Assembly: GCA_963749495.1 (NCBI GenBank)
Contig: CAVVMW010000006.1
Coordinates: 704,001-768,000 of the forward strand
DNA: 64,000 nt
Reading direction: 5' to 3'
Origin: an uncultured bacterium
GTDB lineage: Bacteria; Verrucomicrobiota; Verrucomicrobiia; Limisphaerales; UBA8199
Of this stretch, positions 21,228-30,941 are shown one piece after another (the stretch's first letter is position 1; each line of letters opens with the position of its first letter). Below the pieces are notes generated by a model that was not told where the DNA came from, ran no database searches, and saw only the letters and a list, made by a program, of their open reading frames with translations. The translations under genes and the position numbers were made by a program.

Positions 21228-24119
21228 ATGACAAACTGGAAAAACAAACTCCGGGCCTTCCTCCACGACCCGCCGAGCAAGGCGTTGGATCTACCCAATC
21301 ACGAGTCGTTCGCGTTGACGCTTTTGCGGCAGGCCGGGTTCTCTGAGGAGGAAGCCCAAGGGTTCAGTCGTGAGCCGGATTGGGCCGCCAGCGCTGCCGA
21401 CCGTCTTCCGTTCCCGTCTGGGCAGGCAAGCGGCGTTCGTTGCCATTTCGACGGCGTTCGTAACCGTTTTCACCATCCCCTTGGCCCTGCCGCAGCGCGA
21501 GACGCTTTGACTTTGCCATTCCAGAGCGAGTTTGTGACGAGCGACCTGGCGCACGAAACCGACCAGTCAGTTCAACCGGTCCTCGCCGGGTTTGGGGACA
21601 TTACGGATGACTCCTCTGACCCCTGCGGCCTACGATGGCGCGCCCGATTCTTCGCCCACTGGCGTCTCTGGCAAAAGCACGCGGTTGAACGTGATTACCG
21701 CTTCGCCTTTCTTCCCGCAGACACGCGAATTCCCGACCACACCATTTGGACCCACATGCAGGTGGTTTCCGCCCTGGCCGGCTGCGCTGATCAAGCCGTT
21801 GCACACGCCGTGCCAGCCCCCGCCTTCCTCAAGTTCCAGCTTGGGCCGGTGCAGGAGTTCATTGCCGCCGCCCGCAGCATCCGCGACCTCTGGAGCGGCA
21901 GCTACCTGCTCTCGTGGCTCATGGCGGCTGGAATGAAGGCACTTTCAGCCGAAGTCGGTCCCGACGCCCTCGTCTTCCCGAACCTGCGCGGACAGCCGAT
22001 CTTCGACCTCAATTGGCGTAACGAGCTTTGGAGCCAAGTGAGAATCGGCAGTCGGACTGTACGGGATTCGCTCGGCTGGCACGACCCCGAAATCCTCATA
22101 CCCAATCTGCCCAATGTCTTCCTCGCCGTGGTGCCGGCGGACCGCGCGGCCGACTTGGGCCGCAAAGTGGCGGACGCTGTCCAGGCCGAATGGGAGAAGG
22201 TCGCCGCCAGCGTCTGGACCGAATGCGAAAGGGCCGGCCTAACCCAGGACGAGGGCGGCATCAAAGCCGACGACCGCAAGGACCGCTTCAATGCCCAGAC
22301 TGGTCACTTCCTTTCACTCTCCTGGCAGGCCACGCCTTGGCCGGAGTCGCTGGAAGACGCCTTGAAACTCGCCGACGGCTTCGGCGCCGAAATGCCGATT
22401 CGGAAAGCCCGTGAGCGCGTGTCGGCTGTCGTGGGAATGGCGACCCAGCAGATGCCGGTGGACCATCGAGATGGCCGCTACTATGTCGGAGGTAAACGCG
22501 GCCCGAAGGAACAGCTCAACAACATCGGCCTCGGTTGGTCCGTCATTCTTGCCTTCAGCAGTTGGGCGCTCGATGCCGTCCGGCAAACGCGGCACTTCCA
22601 GGCCGCTAACAGAGGCGGCTGGCGAACCGGCACGTTCAATAACAAGGACGCTCTGACCGGCCGCGATGAAGCGGTGGCGGGCGGGAGCACTTGGGCGGAA
22701 AAGGCCGAGAAGCTCGGCGGCCCATGGAAGTCTCTGTTCAAACACGATGACTGGTTGAGCGCCGCAACGCTGGTGAAGCGGCTGTGGCATCTCGCCCATC
22801 TTAAGGCCGTTTGGGGGCTTGAGACCGGATCAGATAAGTTCCCGATGCCGAACACTCGCAGCCTTGCTGCCCACGATCCGTTCGGCCGGGATGATGATCC
22901 GGGCAACGAAGAGGCCGAAGCCACCGATTCCTCCGACAAATACTTTGCCGTCCTCGCCTTCGACGGTGACGAGATTGGCAAATGGGTGAGTGGGGAGAAG
23001 ACGCCGCCGTTCTCCAGTCAATTGGCGGAATATTTCGACGGCTCCAGTACCCAGCGAGTCGGGTCCAAGTCCTATTTCGAGAAACCCGAGTTCAAGGATT
23101 TCCTCAAAGGCCGGCGCCCACTCTCGGCCAGCTACCACCTTCAGTTCGGTGAGGCGCTAAGCAACTTTGCGCTGCTCTGCGCCCGCCCCATCGTCGAGGC
23201 ATTCGACGGTCGGCTCATCTACGCTGGCGGCGACGATGTTGTCGCGCTCCTGCCGGCCGACACAGCGCTGGGGTGCGCCAAGGCTTTGCGGTTGGCTTTC
23301 AGGGGTTCCCCAGCGGTGAGAGATTTTCTCCAACAGCACGCCCGCCTGCTGCGCGCGCGCCATGAGAGCCAGCAGCAAGGAGATCGCCAAGCGCCAGCCG
23401 TGCCCGACTACCAGAAGCGTGCGTCTGAGGGCTGCTTGCTTGGTTGCGAAGCCCCTGGGTTCGTCTGTCGGTTGGACCAGGTGGACCAGGAGAACCGCCC
23501 CATCCCCTTCCTTGTCCCTGGCCCCGCCGCTGACTGTTCCGTCGGCATCGCGATCGGGCACTTTAAGGCACCGCTCCAGGACATTGTCCGCGCCGCCCAG
23601 GATGCCGAGCGGCGTGCCAAAGGGCAACTCGGGCGGAGCGCCGTCGCAGTCACCCTCTTCAAGCGCTCCGGCGAGACCATCGAATGGGGCACGAAATGGG
23701 AAAGTGGCGGATTGGATCTCTACGATGCCATCGCCAGTGCTCTGGACGCCGGGACACTCAGCGGCAAGTTCCCTTACCGGGTCGTTGAACTCCTCGATCC
23801 TTACCGCACCTCGGGGTCCGGCCTTGCGAGGCTGGACGATGCGAACGGCTTTGATGCCGCCACGGTGATTGAGAAGGAATTCGCCCACGCCGTTTCCCGG
23901 CAGTCCGCACCTGGGCAAGCCGAGATTGTGCGAGCGGACCTCGGACCAAAATTGACAGGGTTCCTTACGAAGGTAGCCGAGGGCTGTGACAAGCCAACGC
24001 CAGCCGGCAAGCGCGCCGCGGACTCGAAATGCCAACGGTTGCTGGCTGAATTGATCGGTCTTTGCCAGACCGTCGCCTTTGCCCATCGCACCCGCAACGA
24101 ACAGGATGCCGAATCATGA
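21228..24119 (+). CDS. cas10: Type III-B Cas10/Cmr2
   Basis: N-terminal LHDPP, ASAADR, DTRIPDH, GPVQEFIAAARSIRDLWSGSYLLS, DGDEIG and intact palm motif LIYAGGDD. Confidence 0.95.
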   Translation: MTNWKNKLRAFLHDPPSKALDLPNHESFALTLLRQAGFSEEEAQGFSREPDWAASAADRLPFPSGQASGVRCHFDGVRNRFHHPLGPAAARDALTLPFQSEFVTSDLAHETDQSVQPVLAGFGDITDDSSDPCGLRWRARFFAHWRLWQKHAVERDYRFAFLPADTRIPDHTIWTHMQVVSALAGCADQAVAHAVPAPAFLKFQLGPVQEFIAAARSIRDLWSGSYLLSWLMAAGMKALSAEVGPDALVFPNLRGQPIFDLNWRNELWSQVRIGSRTVRDSLGWHDPEILIPNLPNVFLAVVPADRAADLGRKVADAVQAEWEKVAASVWTECERAGLTQDEGGIKADDRKDRFNAQTGHFLSLSWQATPWPESLEDALKLADGFGAEMPIRKARERVSAVVGMATQQMPVDHRDGRYYVGGKRGPKEQLNNIGLGWSVILAFSSWALDAVRQTRHFQAANRGGWRTGTFNNKDALTGRDEAVAGGSTWAEKAEKLGGPWKSLFKHDDWLSAATLVKRLWHLAHLKAVWGLETGSDKFPMPNTRSLAAHDPFGRDDDPGNEEAEATDSSDKYFAVLAFDGDEIGKWVSGEKTPPFSSQLAEYFDGSSTQRVGSKSYFEKPEFKDFLKGRRPLSASYHLQFGEALSNFALLCARPIVEAFDGRLIYAGGDDVVALLPADTALGCAKALRLAFRGSPAVRDFLQQHARLLRARHESQQQGDRQAPAVPDYQKRASEGCLLGCEAPGFVCRLDQVDQENRPIPFLVPGPAADCSVGIAIGHFKAPLQDIVRAAQDAERRAKGQLGRSAVAVTLFKRSGETIEWGTKWESGGLDLYDAIASALDAGTLSGKFPYRVVELLDPYRTSGSGLARLDDANGFDAATVIEKEFAHAVSRQSAPGQAEIVRADLGPKLTGFLTKVAEGCDKPTPAGKRAADSKCQRLLAELIGLCQTVAFAHRTRNEQDAES

Positions 24120-24274
24120 GTCAGCCGGCCAAACCAGCGACCCGTGGGGCAGACCTCGGGTCCGTCAATTCTTGCAGTCTCCGAATCCGATGCCAGCCAC
24201 TGCACGCTCGCGGCTGGCCTTCCGAGAAGGCCAGAGCCGTCAGGCCAGAGACTTGACCCGCAGAATCCCCCGCT

Positions 24275-25711
24275 ATGAACACCATCCTCCTCCAACCCAC
24301 CGATGTGCTGTTCTTTCGCGACGGGCGGCCCATGACCGGGTCCCTGGCCGGCCACGGCGCTGCTTGGCCGCTGCCCAACGTCATCAACGCCGCTTTCCAT
24401 GCCGCGCTTCATCGGGCGGACTTGGAGACGCAGACCGGTCAGAAGCTCCACCGGCACCGGCGCGGACGCAGCGGGCACTACTTCGAGGAACGGGACCGCA
24501 AATTCGGTTCTTTGCTTACCGCCGGACCCTTCCCTGTGGATGGCAAGGACCGCTGGTTCTTTGCTCGCCCGGAAGACGCCCAGCAAGACGGCTCGCTGAG
24601 GGTGACGTTGCAGCCGGCGCGTGGCCACAGAGCGCATGGCGAGTGGGCCGGCAGCAGCCTGCCGGCGCCTCTTTGCTACGCCATCGCCAATACGGAGCCG
24701 CCCCGCAAGGAGAGGGGTGCTGAGTCGTGGATCAGTATTCAAGCCTTCGAGGCTTACCTGCGCGAGGAGCCTTTCACTGAGCGTTCTCATTTCCTTTCCG
24801 ACGAATCCATCGCCGACAAGGAAGCCAGCCTGGGCATCGCTATTGACCCTGAGACGCAAACCACCGGCCAAGGGAGCGCAGCCGGGAAGATTTACACGGC
24901 GCACTATCTGCGGCTTCGCGAGGGCGTTCGGCTGGGCGTGCTCGCGCAGGCCATGGACAAGCTGAGTGACGGCCACATGGAGAGCCGCGACCTGCTCCAA
25001 CTGCTGTTCAATGGCCACCCGACTCAGATCGTCGTCGGCGGGCAGCAGCGCATGTGCACAGCCCAATTGAAGCCACTTCAATCGCCCCCCCTGCCGCGTG
25101 GATTGACGAATGGTTTTCGTTCGAGCGATGATGCCTCAGCCAAACGCTGGCTGGTGAAGTGGGTCTTGCTCTCGCCCGCCGTCTGGCCAGAGATCCCGGC
25201 TGGAAAGTCCCAGCGTAGCACCGAAACCTGCTTCCATCCCGGCGGGTGGCTGCCCAACTGGATTTGTCCCGAGACGGGCGCAGTGCTCCTCCGAACCGTG
25301 GACGAGACGGAACGTCGTCGCCGCCGCAACTTGAACTACGCTGGCAGGGGCTACGCCACGGACGAGGGGAACGCCCGGGAGATTCCTGCCCGCCTGGCTG
25401 CCGCCCTCGTGCCCAAACCTCTGGTCGTCACGGGATGGGCGCTGCCGAACGCGTCGGACCCGGAGCGTGATGCCGATGGCGGTGCCAAATCCGCCCATCT
25501 CGCCGTCCCCGCTGGGGCGGTTTACTACTTCGAGGCCGAGTCGCCAGAGGCTGCCGTTGCCCTCGCGAACGCTCTCAACTGGCACGGGGCGGCCGACGGC
25601 ACGGAGATCAAGAACCGCCGCAGCACCCTGCTCGGTGAAAAAGGCTTCGGCCTGGGCGTCTGCGGCACATGGCAATTTTACGAAGACGTCGCGGGACGTC
25701 CAAAGACGTGA
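24275..25711 (+). CDS. cmr3: Cmr3 RAMP
   Basis: PTDVLFFRDGRP, VGGQQR, LLSPA, AVPAGAVYYF, GFGL glycine loop. Confidence 0.93.
   Translation: MNTILLQPTDVLFFRDGRPMTGSLAGHGAAWPLPNVINAAFHAALHRADLETQTGQKLHRHRRGRSGHYFEERDRKFGSLLTAGPFPVDGKDRWFFARPEDAQQDGSLRVTLQPARGHRAHGEWAGSSLPAPLCYAIANTEPPRKERGAESWISIQAFEAYLREEPFTERSHFLSDESIADKEASLGIAIDPETQTTGQGSAAGKIYTAHYLRLREGVRLGVLAQAMDKLSDGHMESRDLLQLLFNGHPTQIVVGGQQRMCTAQLKPLQSPPLPRGLTNGFRSSDDASAKRWLVKWVLLSPAVWPEIPAGKSQRSTETCFHPGGWLPNWICPETGAVLLRTVDETERRRRRNLNYAGRGYATDEGNAREIPARLAAALVPKPLVVTGWALPNASDPERDADGGAKSAHLAVPAGAVYYFEAESPEAAVALANALNWHGAADGTEIKNRRSTLLGEKGFGLGVCGTWQFYEDVAGRPKT
25684..25709 (+). promoter_or_regulatory. Cas box 2 upstream of cmr4
   Basis: AGACGT/GGACGT/AGACGT at 25684, 25694 and 25704 (10-bp period); CAAAAT at 25732. 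Confidence 0.55.
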
Positions 25712-25743
25712 ATGACCGCCAACCTTCAAGGCAAAATGCAACT

Positions 25744-26584
25744 ATGAATCAGTCCAGAATTCTCTATCTGTTTACGCGCACACCCCTCCACGTGGGCGCT
25801 GGCTCAAGCGTGGGCGCTATTGACCAGCCTATCATCCGGGAGCGGCACACGGGCTTTCCCGTGATTCCAGGCAGCAGTCTCAAAGGGGTCCTCCGCGACA
25901 CCGCCACTCGCGACAAGGGCACAAATGGGCACGTGGCCTCCATTTTCGGCACACAAGAAGACGCCGGGCGCGTGTCAGTTGGAGAAGCCAAGCTGCTGGC
26001 ATTTCCAGTGCGCTCCGCAAAAGGCAGCTTCGCGTTCACGATCTGCCCGCTTACGCTGGAGAGATTTCTGCGTGAGCACGGCCCTCTCGGCGATCTCAAG
26101 GTTCCGTGCGAACCCGAGGATATGAAGTGCCTGGCCGGGGACACCGTGACCATCTCGCGCAATGGACAGACAGGCGTTGTCCTGGAGGAATACCGCTTCA
26201 ATCGCGCCCCCGGCGACGCGGGCAAGTTCCCGACCGAGTGGGAGACTGCCCTGCTCGGGCTCCTCGACGACCCGGTTCTGGCAGGCCGGCAAAGGCCGCT
26301 TCGTCCTGCTGAGCAACGGCGACTTCGCCCATTTTGTGAAGACCGCCTGCGAGGTCAGCCAGCACGTCGGCATAGATCCGCAGAAGGGCACGGCCAAGAA
26401 GGGGGCTTTGTTCAACCTCGAAGCCGTGCCAGCCGAGGCACTGTTCTTTGCCCCTCTGGCGCTTCTGGCCCGTGCGAGCGCCGAACTCGACAAACTGGCC
26501 GACCTCTTTGAGCAAAGGCCGGTGCTCCAATTCGGCGGTGACGGCACCACCGGCCTGGGCTTCTGCACGGTGAAACTCGGCTAA
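25744..26584 (+). CDS. cmr4: Cmr4 RAMP, target RNA cleavage subunit (one +1 frameshift near 26277)
   Basis: TPLHVGAG..GAIDQPIIRE, PGSSLKGVLR, LAFPVRS; second frame ends LQFGGDGTTGLG. Removing one T restores DPVWQAGKGRF. Confidence 0.92.
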
Positions 26585-26597
26585 GGAGGATGAGACT

Positions 26598-26993
26598 ATG
26601 AAGAATCTCGAACAAGTGCGTGCTGCCAATGCCCTGGCCTATGCCAAGGCCGGGCAGAGCACGCGGGGCCAGCATGGCGGCAATGTTCTCAAGAAGCTCC
26701 CGGCCTTAGTGATGAGCAACGGTCTGCTCGCGGCGGGCGCCTTTGCATACGCCCAGAAGGCCGACAGCGGTTGGCGTACTTGCTTTGACCATATCGCTAT
26801 ACACCTTTCGCATCCCGAAATCGGCATTACGCCCGGCCAGGACAACCTCGATAAGTTGATGGATTTCCTTTCCGGCAAGTCCGACAGCCAGGTGCTCAAG
26901 CTCGCCACCGAAGAAACGCTTGCGTGGTTGAGCTATGCCCGGAGGTTCGAGCAAGCCCCGGAAAACGGAGGCGACGATGATTCCGCTGGCTAA
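26598..26993 (+). CDS. cmr5: Cmr5 small subunit
   Basis: MKNLEQVRA..A, KKLPALVMSNGL, TEETLAWL. Confidence 0.9.
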   Translation: MKNLEQVRAANALAYAKAGQSTRGQHGGNVLKKLPALVMSNGLLAAGAFAYAQKADSGWRTCFDHIAIHLSHPEIGITPGQDNLDKLMDFLSGKSDSQVLKLATEETLAWLSYARRFEQAPENGGDDDSAG

Positions 26994-28332
26994 GGATGTT
27001 GCTGCGCTGGTCGGCGAATGGGCCGAGGGTGTCGAGAACCGTTCTCTGCTGCACGAGAAGTTCGCGCTGCCAAAGGTCTGGGACGTGGGCGACGGGGGGA
27101 AACTCAACGACGCCGGGCGTTGGAGCGTTCTCCGCATCGTGACCCGCGGCGCGGACCTGCTGCGCGGCGACGCCCAGCGCCTTCGGCGCGAGGCGTCCGG
27201 GCGGAATGTTCGTCCAGATGTTGCCGAGCGAAAAGAGCGCGAGGCACACGTGGCAGAGAAGATTGCGAACATCGGACGGGTCGATTCGGCGCTGGCCAGA
27301 GTTGGGAGCGCGAATGCAATCCGGTTTCTTGCGGACATCGGCAAGTCGTTTCAGGGCCAAGTGGTCACGTTCGAGGCAACCCTTGGCTCGCGGATGATGG
27401 TAAATCTCGCCGGGGGCGTCGTCGAGAACGCGGGCATCGCCCTGGACCGTTGCTTTGGTCTGCCGCTGATACCCGGCAGCGCCGTCAAGGGCATCTCGCG
27501 GGTGCAGGCCCTGTGGGAGATTCACGAGGCCACAGGCCAGGAAAAGCTCCGGCTGTTGCGCCTGGCCATGCTGCTCTTCGGCTTTGGCGCGCACGACCTC
27601 AAACCGAAAGGCGACATCGGCTGGGCTGGCGGCGCGCAGCAAGTCAAGGACATCGCGGTGGAAATCGGCGCCCAGGATTTCAAGGGTTGCGCCTGCTTCC
27701 TTCCCGCGTATCCCACCAGCACGCCCACCCTGGTTGTGGACATGGTGAACCCGCACTACCCCGAGTATTACTCGGGGCGCAGACAGCGCGCGGAGGACAA
27801 CGAAAGCCCGATTCCGAATTACTTCCCCGCGGTAGAAGCCGGTTCTTCGTTCGGCTTCGCCGTCCTGCTCAACAGGGTTCCCCAGGACCCGAATCTTGCC
27901 GCCGCTGACCTCTTGAACCAGGCAAAGGAGTGGCTCGAACGCGCCGTGACCCGCAAGGGCGTCGGCGCCAAGACAGCGGCGGGATACGGGTGGTTCGAAT
28001 TGGGCCGGCGGGAGGTTTCTGCTTCTGTCGCGCCTGCGTCCAGCCCGCTCACGGCCGCCACCCCAAGTGCCGCCGAGCTGGCCTCTCCAGCGGAGGGGAT
28101 CATCGCCCGGTTCAAAAGCCTGAACAGCAAGGACAATTTCCCGGCCGCCCTTCCACAAATGGCTGCCTTGGCGGCCGACGCGGAATTGAGGCGCGCCTTC
28201 GAGGCGCTTATCCCTGCCAACGAGCGCGCCCGGTTGCGAAAGAATAATCCGTACTGGCAGGCATTCACCTCCGGCAGGGCCGGCGCCGACGGTCGGAGAA
28301 TCCTCGCCCGCCTGGGCCTCAAGCTCACTTGA
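26977..28332 (+). CDS. cmr6: Cmr6 RAMP
   Basis: GLPLIPGSAVKG, DMVNPHYPEYY, PIPNYFPAV, GVGAKTAAGYG. Confidence 0.93.
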   Translation: MIPLAKDVAALVGEWAEGVENRSLLHEKFALPKVWDVGDGGKLNDAGRWSVLRIVTRGADLLRGDAQRLRREASGRNVRPDVAERKEREAHVAEKIANIGRVDSALARVGSANAIRFLADIGKSFQGQVVTFEATLGSRMMVNLAGGVVENAGIALDRCFGLPLIPGSAVKGISRVQALWEIHEATGQEKLRLLRLAMLLFGFGAHDLKPKGDIGWAGGAQQVKDIAVEIGAQDFKGCACFLPAYPTSTPTLVVDMVNPHYPEYYSGRRQRAEDNESPIPNYFPAVEAGSSFGFAVLLNRVPQDPNLAAADLLNQAKEWLERAVTRKGVGAKTAAGYGWFELGRREVSASVAPASSPLTAATPSAAELASPAEGIIARFKSLNSKDNFPAALPQMAALAADAELRRAFEALIPANERARLRKNNPYWQAFTSGRAGADGRRILARLGLKLT

Positions 28333-28336
28333 ACCT

Positions 28337-29140
28337 ATGAATTGGCAACGCGACATCGAAGTGCTCACTCCGCTGTTTAATCGGGGCGCTTACCAGGACA
28401 CGCCTGAACTCCGCGTGCCTTCCATCCGCGGCATGGTGCGCTGGTGGTTTCGGGCGTTGGGCGGGACGCCCGACGAGGAGAAGGAAGCCTTTGGCGGCAT
28501 GACCCGGATGGGCCAACGCCTCCGGGGACAGGTCAACGCCTCAAGGCTGGTCTTTCGTGCAAGCCGGGTCCACGCCCAGCGAGCCAACCCAAATCCGCCA
28601 ACCTTGCCTCACAAACAAGGAGGCCAAGGCAGCCCCCAGGCCGCCTTCGCACCCGGGGCCACGTTCCACCTGGAAGTCTTCACACGCTTTGGCGCTCTCA
28701 ACTCGAATCTGGAGCACAAAGTGGAGAACGCCCTTGAAGTCTGGTTGCTGCTTGGGGCCATCGGCCTCCGGGCCAACCGCTCCGGCGGCAATATCTGGCC
28801 GGCTGACAGCACAGCACCGGCGACCGCGCCAGCGTTGCGCACCCGCCTCACCGCACTCGGCTGCCCCTGGCCCGTCATGCTGGCAGCACTCGAAGTCGGC
28901 TCGACCCTCGACCAAATTCGTGCTGCGGCCACCGACACCGTCATTGGCGCAGAGCGGGTTTTCGGCTATGCGAGGGGACGTGATCGCCAGGCATCAGCAC
29001 TGAAATTCAAGATCGCGCGACTGGAGAACCGACTGAGGCTCCTCGTCTTCGCTCCCGATCAACGGGTGCTGGATGAGGCGAGACAAGCCCTGAAAGGCCA
29101 TCGTTCCAAGCCGGAAACATGGACAACGATTGATGCATGA
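28337..29140 (+). CDS. cmr1: Cmr1 RAMP
   Basis: VLTPLF..GA...ELRVPSIRGMVRWWFRA, LGAIGLRANR. Confidence 0.9.
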   Translation: MNWQRDIEVLTPLFNRGAYQDTPELRVPSIRGMVRWWFRALGGTPDEEKEAFGGMTRMGQRLRGQVNASRLVFRASRVHAQRANPNPPTLPHKQGGQGSPQAAFAPGATFHLEVFTRFGALNSNLEHKVENALEVWLLLGAIGLRANRSGGNIWPADSTAPATAPALRTRLTALGCPWPVMLAALEVGSTLDQIRAAATDTVIGAERVFGYARGRDRQASALKFKIARLENRLRLLVFAPDQRVLDEARQALKGHRSKPETWTTIDA

Positions 29141-29361
29141 CCCCCATTTCCCTTGCCTCCAAGCAAATCTGGCCACAGGTGCTGGCGGTACTCCACCTCC
29201 GGCCGCAGCGGCTCGTTCTGGTCCATTCGGCGGAGGAGTCCGAGTCCAAGCGACCCGCTGAGCGACTCAGGGCAATGCTGGAAACGATGGATAAGGGCCT
29301 TCAATCGGCGCTGGCACGCACGCTGGGAACCTGGTTCCTGCCAACCGTAAGCATCCTGTGA
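29137..29361 (+). pseudogene. Truncated CARF effector, paralog of the 30942 gene N-terminus
   Basis: SLASKQIWPQVLAV.HL.P....L.HS....ES..PA.RL matches 30942-32105, but the ORF is only 74 aa. Confidence 0.75.
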
Positions 29362-29606
29362 ACCATCTCTTCATCTTCACCGTCGGCACGGGAACGGCGG
29401 GAAAGCATTCCAACGTCGCGTCCGGGTTGGCCAACACCATCCGCCAGGTCCGGCCCCGCAAGTTTTGGCTTGTCCCCAGCGCCTCGGAGAATTCCACGCC
29501 CGTTGCTGACCTCGTCAGGGAGGACGTAGCTGCCCTGGGCAGTTTCGCGGCTTGGTCGGAATCGGCGCCTTACCACGCAATCCACGATCCCAAATCTGAG
29601 GCATGA
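29358..29606 (+). pseudogene. Truncated CARF gene (TIGR02710-like N-terminus)
   Basis: IFTVGTG...GLANTI...P....LVPS..S first CARF strand/helix pattern; ends after 82 aa without the second GGxK motif. Confidence 0.6.
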
Positions 29607-29616
29607 GTTTCGGGAC

Positions 29617-29651
29617 TTGCGGCGGGCAGCCACTTTAGCTAGCTTAGCTAA
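29617..29651 (+). promoter_or_regulatory. vapBC promoter with overlapping palindromic operator
   Basis: TTGCGG-N17-TAGCTT overlapped by TTAGCTA-GCT-TAGCTAA (29635-29651). Confidence 0.65.
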
Positions 29652-29653
29652 CC

Positions 29654-29899
29654 ATGATTACGGTCAACATGCATGAGGCCAAGACCCGGCTATCCGAGCT
29701 GGTCAAGGCCGTCGAAGAACACAATGAGACGGTCGTCCTCTGCCGCGATGGCCGCGAGGTGGCGGAAATCCGGCCTCGGGCCAAACGTCGCTCGGTGCGC
29801 GACCTCACGCCCGACTCCCGGTTGTGGGTCGAATTCGCCCCCGGTTACGACGCGTGCGAACCGCTTTCCGAAGCCGAATGGCCGGCCGAGTTGCGATGA
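29654..29899 (+). CDS. Phd/YefM family antitoxin
   Basis: VNMHEAKTRLSELV...ETVVLCRDGREVAEI. Confidence 0.92.
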   Translation: MITVNMHEAKTRLSELVKAVEEHNETVVLCRDGREVAEIRPRAKRRSVRDLTPDSRLWVEFAPGYDACEPLSEAEWPAELR

Positions 29900-30276
29900 A
29901 GGTGTTGCTGGACACTTGCGCGCTCCTGGCGCTGGCGCGCGGGGACTTGCCCGAAAACGCCGCGCTTGCGCTCCGCGCGGCGCCGGAAGCGATTGTGTCG
30001 GCGGTCAGCCCTTGGGAGGTCGCTATCAAAGCCGCCTCCGGCAAGCTCCAACTCAACCAACCGCCGGCCCAGTGGTTTCTCAACTTGACGCAGCGTTACC
30101 GTTTGCGGGAACTCCCGCTGGATGCCCGTCTGGCGTGTGCCGCCGCCGCCCTGCCGTCGATCCACCGTGACCCGTTCGACCGGGTTCTTGTGGCGTTGGC
30201 CCAAGCTCATTCGCTGGCGATTCTCACCTCGGATCAGAACATCCCCAAATACCTCGGCGTCAAAGCGCTCTGGTGA
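29896..30276 (+). CDS. vapC: VapC (PIN domain) toxin
   Basis: LLDT, SAVSPWEVAIK, HRDPFDRVLVA, LTSD; ATGA overlap with the antitoxin. Confidence 0.92.
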   Translation: MKVLLDTCALLALARGDLPENAALALRAAPEAIVSAVSPWEVAIKAASGKLQLNQPPAQWFLNLTQRYRLRELPLDARLACAAAALPSIHRDPFDRVLVALAQAHSLAILTSDQNIPKYLGVKALW

Positions 30277-30293
30277 ACGACTCCCCAACACGC

Positions 30294-30866
30294 ATGCCCT
30301 CCCACCACCACCTCCTCACCGTCGGCATCAGCCTCCTGACCAACTTCGAGAAGGCCAGACAGCTCTCGCAGGCAGACGCGTTGCGCCGCGGCCAACAGAT
30401 CGCCCGGTTCCTGGCGGAGAATCCGAAGGCCAACTGCGCCGAAATCAACTCGCTCGACAGCCGCACCGGCTTTCTGGGCAAAACCAGGCCGGACTTGGCC
30501 GTCAGTCTTGTTTACTCGCAGACCGAAGCCGGAAAACTCTGCGCCAAACTCATCGAGAGGTTTCTCAAGACCAAAGGCGTTGCGTCCACCCGCCTGCAAT
30601 TGGCAGCCATCGACCTTCCGAGCCAAGACAAGGCCGACCCTAAAGTAGCGCAGCGTCTGGCTCAAGGGGGCCTGGAGGATCTACGGACCAAGCTGCTGGA
30701 CCATGTCACCCGGTTGCGCCGAAATGCTCCGGGCGTCGTGATCGAGTTGAACTGCACCGGCGGTTACAAGGCCGAATCCGCCGTGGTCTACGAACTGGGC
30801 CGCGCCTTGCGTCTGCCCGTATATTACCTGCACGAGAGCTTCCAGGTGGCAGTTGAGTTGCCGTGA
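30294..30866 (+). CDS. APE2256/SSO1393-type stand-alone CARF protein (putative Crn1-like ring nuclease)
   Basis: LTVGISLLTN, AEINSL, S.T..G, NCTGGYKAE, YYLHE. Confidence 0.85.
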   Translation: MPSHHHLLTVGISLLTNFEKARQLSQADALRRGQQIARFLAENPKANCAEINSLDSRTGFLGKTRPDLAVSLVYSQTEAGKLCAKLIERFLKTKGVASTRLQLAAIDLPSQDKADPKVAQRLAQGGLEDLRTKLLDHVTRLRRNAPGVVIELNCTGGYKAESAVVYELGRALRLPVYYLHESFQVAVELP

Positions 30867-30941
30867 TTTCGAATGACGCCCGTTGATTGCGCAAGCCGCA
30901 ATCGCCAATCACCAATCGCAACTGAGAAATCCAAGATCGGA

